This document shows positions 25,865 through 38,251 of a stretch of DNA of 64,000 bases, piece by piece (position 1 is the stretch's first letter; each line of letters begins with the position of its first letter). This DNA comes from Octopus sinensis. Lineage: Eukaryota. The stretch lies in assembly GCF_006345805.1 (NCBI RefSeq), contig NC_043006.1:31620001-31684000 (forward strand), written 5' to 3'. A model generated the notes under the pieces. That model ran no database searches. It was given only the letters and a program-made list of their open reading frames with translations, and was not told where the DNA came from. Made by a program: the position numbers and the translations under genes.

Positions 25865-27015
25865 TGTTTGTATTTATCTCAGGTGTCTTGCATGTGTGAC
25901 AGGTTTGCTGTCTGTATCCTGAGGTACCATATTTTTTTAGTTTTTTTTTTTTAACTAATGCTTTCCTGATTATTCTGGCCATACCAAAGAGGCAGACTTT
26001 TAATATTAGTTCTACTAGGCACTCTATTCCAATTTCCATTGTATTCCCCTTGATGCTTCCTGATACTGTCTCCAAGGAACCAACAATAGTTAGCATTATT
26101 TTCACCTTCATTTTCTATAGCCGGGCTATTTCGTACTTAAGAGGACTGTATATATCTATTTTTTCACCTTCATTCTTGACTATTCGTGGATCAAAGGGGC
26201 ACACAACATCAGCTATATAGCATATGCGGTCCATCTTGTCCACCACCACTAGGTCCGGTCTGGTGTACTTTAGCACCTGATCTGTTTGGATTGGGAAATC
26301 CCAGAGGATTTTGCTAGTCTCCGACTCCGCCACTTTCTCCAGCTCTCTCTCCAGCTCTCTCTGCACTCTATAGCAGATGCGGCACAGCGGAGACACTTGC
26401 TCATGGTTGACTTTCCAGTTCGTAGTCAAAGCTTGGTCTTGTGCTGCCAGTATAAAGCTCTCAGTCTCTTTATTCCGAGTTCCTTTCCTCAGTCAATCCC
26501 ATCTAAGTTTTCCAGCAACTTCTGTTGTTTGGGAATGGATTTTGTAGTCATTTGTTGCGTAATGCTTAGCGTAATTCTTCTTCGTGTTCTTTTTTGTATT
26601 TCTTTCTTTGTTTTCCCCTTTTTCTCTGCTTTCAATACTGCCTCGTTCCTGACTGTCACTAGCAAGGTTTCCTTAGTTTGCGATAGGTATTTCATTAAAT
26701 TCCCGTGTTCGATACGTACAGTCTTTCACACTTATCAGTTCATTTCTTCCATTTGCTCTCTTCATGTATAGGCGATCAGTGTCTACGCGTGGATAATGGG
26801 CTCAAAGCATAGTAGAAGCTTTCTTGACTTCCTGTCCATCTCCTTTAGTTCCTCCTCTCTCCACTTCAGGATTCCAGTGCCATACCGAACTGCTGCCACT
26901 GCAAGTGGGTTTATTTCCGAAATTATGTTTCTGGCATTCAGCTTTGAAGCCAATATTTTTCTCACTCGCCACAGGTACTCTCTTTTTGTCTTTTCCTTCA
27001 TGTCGTGGTATTTGA
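25865..27015 (-). mobile_element. R4/Dong-type RLE LINE fragment, same family as 14805
   Basis: VRYGTGILKWREEELKEMDRKSRKL; AQDQA; PLCRIC; ILWDFPIQTD..RPDLVVVDK..YIADVVCPFDPRI..EKIDIYSPLKYEIARL; KVCLFGMARIIRKAL. Confidence 0.9.
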
Positions 27016-27042
27016 TTCTCCTTCTTTTTGTTATTATTACTG

Positions 27043-27262
27043 AAGGCAGTAAGCTGGCAGAATCGTTAGCACGCTGGACGAAATGCTTAGCGGTATTTCG
27101 CCCGCCACCACGTTCTGAGTTCAAATTCCGCCGAGTTCGACTTTGCCTTTCATCCTTTCGGGGCCGATAAATTAAGTACCTGTGAAACATTGGGGTTGAT
27201 GTATTCGACTAGTACCCTCCCCCAAAATTTCAGGCCTTGTGCCTATAGAAGAAAGGATTAGT
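27043..27262 (+). mobile_element. SINE family A, near full length
   Basis: AAGGCAGTAAGCTGGCAGAATCGTTAGCACGCTGGACGAAATGCTTAGCGGTATTTCG...GTGCCTATAGAAGAAAGGATT. Confidence 0.9.
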
Positions 27263-27339
27263 AACATTATTATTAGTGTATCGACTATTCCCTTCTTCTG
27301 GACATCGCTGGTCTTGTGTGTACATCAGAAATTTTTAAT

Positions 27340-27341
27340 AG

Positions 27342-27375
<34 letters not shown>

Positions 27376-27437
27376 ACTGTTTTTGTTGGTGTTGCTGCTG
27401 CTGCTGTTGTTATTGTTGTTGTTGTTGTTGTTGTTGT

Positions 27438-27472
<35 letters not shown>

Positions 27473-27473
27473 C

Positions 27474-27550
<77 letters not shown>

Positions 27551-27556
27551 ATTGTT
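27340..27556 (+). repeat. Compound (GTT)n/(GAT)n microsatellite
   Basis: Direct inspection. Confidence 0.95.
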
Positions 27557-27806
27557 GTAGTAGAAACTACCCAGTCAACCGTGATTACCCAACGTGGTTA
27601 ATAGTTCTACCACACTTTTACATCACCAAATTAACGAAGGAATTCCCGCCTGCCAAGCCAATGAGACGATTCCTTCTTAAACCATTTCTCACAACATTCC
27701 ACTCTGTTTGATTAGAACCGATGCAGTCAAAATAATATTTTCTTTGTGTACCTTCCTGCTTACATATGTATATAGTCATGTTGGTATATTATGTAATATA
27801 AATATG

Positions 27807-27866
<60 letters not shown>

Positions 27867-27892
27867 TATTATATATATATCTATATATATAA

Positions 27893-27935
<43 letters not shown>

Positions 27936-28444
27936 TATATTATATATATTCATATATATATATTATATATATATATATTATATATATATTTATAATATAT
28001 TCATATACATATAAATATATATATATATTTTTGTATGTGTAGGCGTGTATACACATACACACACTTATATACATAATATATACACACATACACATTCATA
28101 TATACATATGAACTTATATACATATTTACATAAATATTCTCTCGCGTGTCCTTCTTTGTATGTATGTGTGTGCATTTGCATGTATGTGTGTGTGTGCTTA
28201 TATAGATATGTATTATTATATGCACATACGCACATCATATGTGTATGTATATGTGCGCGTGGTATCTATATATATGTACGTTTATATATCTACACACTTA
28301 CATATTCACAGATACACACATATACACAGATATTACACGTATGTATCTATATGTACATAGATGTGTATGTATACATATATAATTATATACACGCATATAT
28401 ATATATACATATATGAATACCACATGCATAATATATATATATGC

Positions 28445-28528
<84 letters not shown>

Positions 28529-28794
28529 TATATATATATACACACACTCATACATACCTGCATACATGACCGTGTTTATGTATGTGAACATGTGTTTGCG
28601 TGTATGTGGTTGTGTGAGTGTGGTCATTTCTCTAAACACGAGTTCTTAAACTTTTTGTATTATGGAACCCGAAGGACTGGGTTTTTGAACTGATTTCAGC
28701 GCTGTTATATTTTTAATGATGGCGTATTTTAATTTCACAGAAGACCAGGTAGATCTGTAGAATTCATACCATCATATCTGCAAATATTTTCTTC

Positions 28795-29020
28795 AGTCAA
28801 AAGTTTTGCAATATTTTGCTAACTTCGCTGCTTTATTTGCCAAGTTTGCAAGAAAAGCAGGTTAACATTCAAAGTAGTGGCCATCGTGTGTTGCACTGTC
28901 TGAAGCCACCTTTCTACCAGTTCTTTGATCCTATGTCGATACCAGTTCTCGTCCATCGAGGCGAAGTGCTCCTTCACTGAAGCTTCCACCTTCTCTTGGT
29001 TGATGAAGAATCGATTGTAA
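28795..29020 (-). mobile_element. Mariner transposase C-terminus plus TIR remnant
   Basis: RFFINQEKVEASVKEHFASMDENWYRHRIKELVERWLQTVQH; TIR-like AGTCAAAAGTTTTGCAATATTTT; same family as 42321-42993. Confidence 0.8.
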
Positions 29021-29346
29021 GAATCAATAGGTCTAAGGATCAATCATAATGATCCTTACAACTGCTGATGAACATTGCTCTAACTGAAGAAGTGCGCAAG
29101 CAAGGTTTGAAAGAATTACGAGAAAGCTTCAGAAAAATGTTCTTCCCTTTAAAATACAAGCCATGATTAATTAAGTTAACATCAGTGATGAACAAAAGCA
29201 TAAAATTTTATCGAGAATTAATTCTAAATAATTTTGAAACTACAAACTTTTAGAAGAGAACTATACCAGGACTTTCTCTACGTCTCTCCGTCTACATTAC
29301 TTTTCTGCTTGCCGTTAACACTTTCACCTAAGATGTTAAACTAGAC

Positions 29347-29608
29347 CAGAGATTGTCAACCATTTTTTGCCTATGGACCCCTTTGATTTCTCCTTTGCTC
29401 TACTGGACCCCCATATTTTAAAATCCTCTGATATGTTTATGATTAGATATTAACAGGAATTGTATTAAAAGAATTTTAAAACTGTTTTGTGTATTATAGA
29501 AGCATAACACATGTGTTGCTAATAAACTTTCACAATAAAATATTTTATGGAGCCCCAAGGACCACTTGGACCTCTAAGGATTATATGGGCGCTGGCTGAA
29601 GAGCACCG
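29347..29608. mobile_element. hAT (Charlie-like) MITE with 8-bp TSD
   Basis: AACTAGAC at both 29339-29346 and 29609-29616; degenerate TIRs CAGAGATTGTCAACC and GGCTGAAGAGCACCG. Confidence 0.8.
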
Positions 29609-29869
29609 AACTAGACTATACTGGTATACAAATACTAAGGGCAGACAATCAACCATCATCTGTGAATGAATGACCTACTTTGCGGATTATAAACAACTAA
29701 GGCGCAGCAGAGGGGTTTACTAAAATAATTGACAAGATATTCAGTTTTAAAAAATGAAATGCACCGAGGCAGAGGGAAACTAATAAGAACCACTTATATT
29801 TAATACAGAAACCGAAATAAACATATTCAATTGCTTAGGAATGAATAAACTTGGTAGAGTACAACTTAG

Positions 29870-30300
29870 ATAACTTATATATGTTTCGGCCAAAGGTTGG
29901 CTCAGGTCACGTCAAACTTAATAGCATCATCTGAGAGGATCTGTTAAGTAATTTTCAAGTCAAGGTTTGTGGTATCATGGCCCATTCAAGTGGGAAGTTG
30001 TTGACTGAGATGTATCAAGGTATAGGTAGATTATCTCGTATTCCTTGAAGAAATTTTTCCGGATTTCGTTTGAAGGTGACGGGGTCTTTTTCTTCTTTAA
30101 ATTGTTTTGAGATAATGTTCAATAGAGCAGAGCCTGTTGAGGAAAAGATATTGTGTTGAAGTTAGATCATGTGTTGTGATTCTGAATTTTCAAGGGGACG
30201 TATAGCACTTGGTCCTACCTTTGGATGAATTCTGGTCATTTGGGCAATACTGGTGGTATATCCTCCACATTGTGCAAATAATGTAGCCATCACTATATTA
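29870..30300 (-). mobile_element. CR1-like LINE 3' end, decayed
   Basis: YIICTMWRIYHQYCPN..HPKVGP...LQHNIFSSTGSALLNII.KQFKEEKDPVTFK...FLQGIRDNLPIP, resembling the CR1 RT C-terminus. Confidence 0.65.
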
Positions 30301-30960
30301 CAGCTAAAAATAAGCTATGGTATCAATGCTATAGTCGTTCCATAAATAACTAATAGTCACAATATACTCGACTGGAATAGTCTTGGCAATTCCTTGAATT
30401 ACCAAGACTAGACAGAAGAAGAAGAAAAAATAATGGCTGCTTATAGAATACCCTATCCGAAATACGACACAGGGAGATTATATTTGTCTTGAATACAGGG
30501 TGGTAGAGGTTTTCTGCCACTAGAAAAATATGAAATATCTTCTGTAAGACTACAGATGTATCTAGTATCAAGTTAAGAATAAAAGGAAACCAACAGCAAT
30601 GTATGTATGTAAGTATATATGTTATATGTGTGTGTGTAAATATATATATGTATATGTATAAACATATACATATATACATACGTGCATACATATATGTTTA
30701 TATATACATGTGAAAACATGCACATACGTATATATTGTTTTCAAGGAAGTCTGCAAAAAAAAACCAAAAAACAAAGGCGGAGTTAAGAAGCAGTTGCAAA
30801 GAGAATGAGGAAACCACAACAGAAATTCTTGAAGAGAACCTAATTCCTCAGCTGAAAATGGAATTACAGCAAGTCATGTAAGGACATTGGTAAGAAAAAC
30901 CCTACATGTAAAATATCTGACATAGATATAAAAAAAGCAAAATTATCGCAGTGTTAGTAG
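30300..30960 (+). mobile_element. Decayed R4/Dong-type LINE fragment split by a (TA/TG) microsatellite (~30600-30735)
   Basis: GINAIVVP..NSHNILDWN; ELPRLDRRRRKIMAAYRIPYPKYDTGRLYLS*IQGGRGFLPLE; later HW*EKPLH motif. Confidence 0.7.
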
Positions 30961-30961
30961 G

Positions 30962-31098
<137 letters not shown>

Positions 31099-31107
31099 GC
31101 TTACTAA

Positions 31108-31320
31108 TAAGCTGGCAGAATCGTTAGCACGCTGGATGAAATGTTTAGCGGTATTTCGTCAGTCGCTACGTTCAGTGTTCAAATTCCACCGAGATCGACT
31201 CTACCTTTCATCCTTTCGGGTTCGATAAGTTAAGTACCAGTGAAACGCTGGGGTGGATGTAGTTGACTAGTACCCTCGCCCAATACTTCAAAGCCTTGTG
31301 CCTTCAACAGAAACGGTTAT
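31108..31320 (+). mobile_element. SINE family A
   Basis: AAGCTGGCAGAATCGTTAGCACGCTGGATGAAATGTTTAGCGGTATTTCG...CCTTGTGCC...TTATTATT. Confidence 0.85.
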
Positions 31321-32013
31321 TATTATTTTGTTGTTCTTTTAAGGTTTGATATATGTTAAATGACGGCTATCGATGTATGTCGAATAACCTAACCCAACGA
31401 GGGAAGGAGCCTAAGGAATGAGAACGGAAGAGAAATAGAAGAGCGAGAGAAGGCCATACAAGTTTGTGGTATTCTTCAACTCGATGTATAATAAATGTCT
31501 GTTAGATCAGAAATTGTTTCAACACCGCTGTTTTCTGTTGCTCACAGTTGTGTGACAATAGGATATATTTCAGGATATAGGCTCAGATTGCACCAGACTA
31601 ATGCACTTTGCGCTAAATGGGGTCCCTATCAGGCCGTTTTTGAAAGTACAGCAAGTATTAGCGCATGACAAGGAGTATTCCATCAATAAGGCCGTTAGTA
31701 TTGGCTTTCAGTTACTATTGTTTTAATATTTTGATAAATTTTCTCAAGGACGTTGATTGTTGGCATATCGGTTAATCGAAAAGTCTGGTGCGGTATAGTT
31801 GAAGGTTACGAAATCACCACATCAGTTTGATTTGTTTTGATTTTTGTTGTTTTTTTGTTTTGTTTTTTCTTTGTAAGGAAAATGAAATCATTTATCGGCC
31901 GTAAAAGTAGTGCAATGCTAAGCAGTAATGTTAACATACTGAATGAAATGTCTTACGTTACATAATCCTGTTCTTTACGTCGAGAAGTTGACCTGCCTTT
32001 CATTCTTTTATTA

Positions 32014-32527
32014 TAACGTGTTCTGATCAAAAAGTATCAGGACTGATGCCATAAAAAGAAAACTCCAACATATCAATTCGCCGTTTAATCTCCTTCGAAG
32101 TAATTTCCTTCTGAAGCTACATACTTTATCCAACATCGTTTCCTTTGAAGAAAGCATTCCTGGAAATCTCTTTTTTTTTTTTTTTCGATAACGAACAGCT
32201 ACCTCATCACATTCTCTTTGATTCTTCCCATGTTTTGAAATCTTGTTCTTTTCAAGTAGGATTTCAGTTTTGCCTGGGTTTCGGGGTCATAGCCATAGAC
32301 CCCCGATTCGTCATCTGTTATGACCGTTTTCAAGAAGTTTTCCATGGTACAATCAAGGATATCTCGTGCAGCTGAGACCTGGTCTTCTTTTCGAGACGAC
32401 CACACTCTACACACTTTACTTTCCATCACTGCTAAAAACAACGGAAGTGAGCGAGAACGTTGTAACATACGTCTTTAGCTCCGTTACCATAGCAACAACT
32501 ACCATGTTTTTTTTATCAGACCTCGTA
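32014..32527 (-). mobile_element. Internally deleted mariner with both TIRs
   Basis: TIRs TAACGTGTTCTGATCAAAAAGTATC and TTTTTTTATCAGACCTCGTA; peptide FLKTVITDDESGVYGYDPETQ fused to KLKSYLKRTRF. Confidence 0.8.
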
Positions 32528-33178
32528 AAAACCAAACAAGACTGACATCGATGAAACCTGATAACCCCTACCTCACTGCAAGTCTTTAATCAATATTATT
32601 AATTGTAATTTGCTAAGTGCTAGAATCAAAAATCCTTTTGATTCGTCTGATCCTGTATGGTAACAAAAACCATCAGGGAAATATGATTTAATTTAACGTT
32701 ATAGAGAATCTCTATCAGTCAAATACACTGAAATTCGATATTTTCAAGAACATTTCAACACCGAAAAAAAGTCCCTTGTCATTCGCTCGACTTAGGAAAA
32801 GCAGCCAAGTCTGTTTCAAAGAAATGTATTTTATCTTTTTTTGTTTCAATAAAATTGGGTGAGAATGGATTTAATAATATGGCCTTGTCTACACTATGAC
32901 TATAAAAGAATAATCGAACGGTCACTGCTGGTAGAGTCCAGATCATATGTCCTTTTGATCAGAACTGACTTGGTGGGGGGGGCGGCTAAACAACAAAAAC
33001 CACTCGAAGTTAACAACAGTACAGCAACGAGTATCTTTCACTTTCACTTTGAACGTCTTCTATGGATCTGCAGAAAATTAGTAGCAAAGATCGAAGGTGT
33101 GATAATCGAATACTCTTTTTAAATTCCGGAGTTGTGAATGGGAATCCTTCAGCGAAAAGCTGAGTATTTTCTTAACAG

Positions 33179-33226
33179 CTGTTTAGACGCCACGATGACA
33201 TAAACACAAGGAGAAAGAAGGCTAAG
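33179..33226 (+). CDS. Candidate 48-nt internal coding exon (LFRRHDDINTRRKKAK), host gene unidentified
   Basis: Acceptor ATTTTCTTAACAG, donor AAG|GTAAGC; only frame 0 is open; no repeat similarity noticed. Confidence 0.4.
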
Positions 33227-33628
33227 GTAAGCTTTTGCACAAAATTATGTCGTCTCCGCTATTGAAGAAGAGGAACGATAAAATGAAATGTCATGATTCG
33301 CCTCAGCAGTTGTATAACTATTTCGAGCTGTCCTTCATTACAGCTGAGTTCTTTCTTGTAAAAGAATTTATTTGAAAAAGGTCTCCGCCGTGTTTACTTC
33401 TTTCTTAACAACAGTATATTTAATTCAATAAACATTTCGTTTGAAATACAATAAAACAATAAATTCTGTGTATGAATAAACATCTTTATGTTGCTGTAGA
33501 GTAAATTCATGAGTAAAATATATAACAGAGAGGGAAAACACAATCTGGAGTGGAGTCAGCTGTTGGAAGCGTGAAAAAGGATAGAAGGCTAAAGTATAAG
33601 AGAAACGGATGTGGTATATATGGTATAT

Positions 33629-33674
<46 letters not shown>

Positions 33675-33699
33675 ATGCATATATACATACATATATGTA

Positions 33700-34095
33700 C
33701 GTACCTACCTCTACATGTATATATACATGCATATATGGGTACAGGACAACAAAAAAACGTCGAACATAATGAGAAACGAAAACATAAACACAAAACCGAG
33801 CAAATGGACATTATTTTAAACAATGAAAAAATAGAGTACAGGACATACAAACAAGGAAAATTCCCCTTCTCCAGTCGCCTTAATTTCATCTACTCCACGT
33901 TTCGAAGGTCAGGCAATACATGACTTCAATGAAATTTTCCTTCCCGCGGAAATCAAATTAAATAAACTTTGAGATATTTTTGCGGAGGGGTAAAAATGGT
34001 AACAAAAACAGGACAGTAACGACAGTACAAAATATAAACAGGACAACGGAGAATAACAGTAACACAAACAAGGAGGGCTGTTAAGCCAAATATAT
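33700..34095 (-). mobile_element. Penelope-like terminal repeat family
   Basis: Contains CCTTCGAAACGTGGAGTAGATGAAA; homologous to 49800-50210, 50345-50755 and 61300-61690. Confidence 0.6.
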
Positions 34096-34539
34096 ATATA
34101 CATACATACATACATACATACATACATACATACATACATAGAGAGAGAGTTAGGCAGACAGACAGAGTGGTAGTTAGGTAGGTAGGTAGGTAGGTAGGTA
34201 GGTATGTAGTAAGGTAGGTATGAATATCGTACCGCCACTGATCCACAAGAATGACACATGTATTTTGGGTTCTTTGAAATTTGTCAATGACGTGTAATTG
34301 CAAGTCACATCCTTTGACGAAATCTGTCATATCACCTACAAAAAAAGTGAATAATACATTAACTGATATTGCGGAAAATCACCGAGTCGAATGAAAACTT
34401 GGTGTATACAACAGAAACAACATCAACTTAGTATATATATCAATATCAATATACAATATCTGTACATCACTTCAATAACTCCCTATATATATATATATAT
34501 TATATATATATACAATATATATATATATATAATATATAT

Positions 34540-34572
<33 letters not shown>

Positions 34573-34574
<2 letters not shown>

Positions 34575-34963
34575 TCTTTTACTTGTTTCAGTCATTTGAC
34601 TGCGGCCATGCTGGAGCACCGCCTTTAGTCGAGCAAATCGACCCCGGGACTTATTCTTTGTAAGCCCAGTACTTATTCTATCGGTCTCTTTTGCCGAACC
34701 GCTAAGTGACGGGGACGTAAACACACCAGCATCGGTTGTCAAGCAATGCTAGGGGGACAAACACAGACACATGAACATATACACACACACATATATATAT
34801 ACATATATACGACAGGCTTCTTTCAGTTTCCGTCTACCAAATCCACTCACAAGGCATTGGTCGGCACGGGGCTATAGCAGAAGACACTTGCCCAAGATGC
34901 CACGCAGTGGGACTGAACCCGGAACCATGTGGCTGGTTAGCAAGCTACTTACCACAGAGCCAC
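34573..34963 (-). mobile_element. SINE family B, near full length with internal (TA/TG) array
   Basis: Head GTGGCTCTGTGGTAAGTAGCTTGCTAACC...GGTTCAGTCCC through tail GACTGAAACAAGTAAAAGAGT. Confidence 0.92.
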
Positions 34964-35254
34964 ATATATATATGAATAAACTTTTTTAGTAGTGTATAGA
35001 ATAAAATATCAGCAATAATGAAAATGTTAGTCAGACGAAATGACGGAATTATTCCTTAATTCATTTATATACAGGTACGGGAAGTCTTCAAATTCTCTAA
35101 GGAAATGGAATGAAAGGGAATAAATTAAAGGAAAAGAAAATAACGTAAAAATAAAGAAGAGTATTTACATTATTACATTCAAGAATGTTTCGTTTAGCGC
35201 TTGGGAATGCTTGTGCATCTCATACATACATACATACATACATACATACATTTG

Positions 35255-35314
<60 letters not shown>

Positions 35315-35519
35315 ATATATACATACATACACACGCACATATGGATATAAGAGACAATAATGGTAAAGACGGAGACAGAGAGGTAAACGAGGGAAGAAAA
35401 AAGAAATATTTAAAAAATAAGAATATTGATAGAGTGAGACGGATTAAGTACATAACAAGAGGTAGAAAGATAGAAGGATGGGAGGGAGAGAGAAAGCAGC
35501 AATAGATATATATATATAT

Positions 35520-35591
<72 letters not shown>

Positions 35592-35765
35592 GGAGGGAGT
35601 GGTGTAGGTAAATGAAAATGTAAACCAGATATGGTGGTACAAACGTAGATATGGCACGTGGCATATGGCATGGACTGACGTCATTCTCCCTTTCAACAGT
35701 CGTTAACATTTAAAGTGCTATTTCAGTTTTTTTCTATTATTATTATTATCATTATTTTTATTACA

Positions 35766-35827
<62 letters not shown>

Positions 35828-35879
35828 AACACGAGTAAAATAAATTGACAGCTGGTCACCCTAAACTGAATGTGATACA

Positions 35880-36030
35880 ATAATCTGATAATAGAAATGT
35901 TTTGGTTAAATGCTTTTTCGATGGTGCAGAAAAATTTAATGGAATTGATAGAATCAAGTACTTCATTTAAGTGTTTCAAAAAATTCTTCGCGAAGCAGAA
36001 AAAGTAGTCCATTGACACATATACAAGCTC
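35880..36030 (-). mobile_element. Possible decayed Penelope RT fragment (region after YVDD)
   Basis: YV.MDYFFCFAKNFLKHLNEVLDSINSIKFFCTIEKAFNQNIS loosely fits the PLE pattern YVDDxF...LNSxxxxIxFTxEKxxNxxL. Confidence 0.35.
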
Positions 36031-37989
36031 CTACTTTCACTGATGATCTGAAATTAAGGTGAAATGTCCGTAGTTTTTTCTCTTTTAGTCACTTATTCAT
36101 GTAACTTAATGTTTCCAGCATTAAATATACTTTAAGTATATAGTTTTGTTTGTCACGCATGTGGTGACTGCGAATGGTGGTTTAACATCCAAAAATACCT
36201 CTCTTAATCTCTGTCTCTCCTTCTATGCCAACACTTATTCGATTTTGCACATTTACTCAGTGATTGAGTGATCAATATTTTCTGTGGCTATGCAAAAATA
36301 TCTCAAACGGGTGAGAAACGCCAGAAGCTGGTGGATTAAATTAGATAATGGAACCAATCAATAAGATTTTTACTTTTGCCTCCCGTATTTTCAATCTTCA
36401 GATTTTATGGTGTACCTATCGTTTATAACAAGGCGGTGAAATGGCACAATTGTTATCATGCCGGACAAAATGATTAGCAGCATTTCTTCCAGCTATTTAT
36501 TTGATTTTCATCCCTTCGTGGTTGTAAAATAAAGTTCCGATCAAATACTCGCATCCATGAAATTGACTGACCATCTCCCCTCAAAACTGCTGGTCTTGTA
36601 CCCTGCAGCGGACCGCCCTCCCGTTCAGGCGGGGTTAGATGCTTTGATCTTGGTCACTTATATGCCATGGAAGTCGGTTAAGCGGTCTTGTGAGTCCTAA
36701 GGCTCAAAAAACACTTTCGCTCATTCGGTGCGAATTGATTTTTATCCGATATACTACAAGTTCTGGGCCGGTTATCGCTCTAGCTGTTACTGACAATACA
36801 TAATCCCGTACAATTGATGCCATGATCCGGTTGTCAGCGTTTAAACCGGCAGTTCGCCATCTATCTAGCAATAATGCACGGGTACATCGAAATACTGGCG
36901 CTGTAAAACCTATCTGGGGCAATAAACCTTTAGCTTTTGACGCTGAATTTGTTCTTTCAAATCCAGTATACGTCTGGCTCCAGAATCCGATGACTACATG
37001 TAGATCCCTACTATCCAACGACGAGCAGGAGTAAAACCAGTCTTAGCATTACCGCTGATGGTCTGGCGGGGATTAGACAATTTGACCCAAACCGCCCCTG
37101 GACTGACATTGAAATGATGTAACCTCAGAGGAGATGGCATCTTTTTAATATTCTTCTTTTAAGAAAGAAATTTGTGCTTTAGGGAATTTGGCTGTTGTTT
37201 CCAGCAAATCAAGTGACTGTACAGAAATTCCCTTGTTCGCTCCAACTAGCCATAGCAGCAGCTGCTGTTGCTGCTGCTGCTGTTTTTGCTGCTGTTTTTG
37301 TTGTTGTTGTTGTTGTCGTTGGTGGTGGTGGTGTTGTTGTTAAAGGCGAAAGGTTTATCCGGTAGGGGTGAGGAGAAACCAGAGTTGTTGGTGTTGTTGT
37401 TGTTGTTGTCATTGTTGCTGCTGTTGTTATTGTTGATGTTGTTGTTCCCCAGATCTGAGTAGATTAAACAGACATATAATAAAAGACAATCCAGCCATGA
37501 CCTTCAAATATTTTGCTTTCATTCAGAGTCTATCAAAAAGTACTCTCTTCCTTTTCTTCAGAAATTTTATTAATATTCTTAAAATTATCAAGTTTGAAAT
37601 TTATTCGAAATGTGAGCAAAGTGTGAAGTTGTGGTGTTTATGCCAGTCCTTTGGATATTAGGGTTTGGAAGAAGCTGCACCTGAGTTTATTGAATGAATT
37701 AGCGCCATAAAGCAGGATGCAGGGCGGCCCACTCCCTGGCAATAATGAAACGATGAGGAGGTTGATAAACGAACCAGAACTTGTGTTACATCTGATAAAA
37801 TTAATGAGTAACGTTAAGAGTTTTCTTCTGTAGATCTTTATCTATCAAACCCCACCTCCCCGGCACCTTTCGATTTCTTTCCCACCACCACCAACACCAT
37901 CTCTCTCGCTCTCTCTCTCTCTCTCTCTCACGCACACACTCATTCTCTCTTTCTCTCTCTCTCACACACACTTTCTTTCTCTCTCTCTG

Positions 37990-38040
<51 letters not shown>

Positions 38041-38104
38041 TTTTCTTTCTTTCTTTCTCTCTCTCTCTCTCACTTTCTTTCTCTCTCACGCACACTCACT
38101 CTTT

Positions 38105-38136
<32 letters not shown>

Positions 38137-38208
38137 ATACATGAGTGTGTGTGGTGTGTGTGTGGGTGCATGTCTGGTATGAATACATATATACATATAT
38201 ATATATAT

Positions 38209-38251
<43 letters not shown>

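Noticed and set aside
29053-29165. Peptide LMNIALTEEVRKQGLKELRESFRKMFFPLKYKP*
   Set aside because: Protein-like, but there is no AG acceptor or start codon in context and no recognisable family.
30746-30877. Apparent 132-nt symmetric exon (KSAKKNQKTKAELRSS...) with AG/GT ends
   Set aside because: It lies within the R4/Dong fragment; the KPLH motif follows directly, so it is better explained as LINE ORF remnant.
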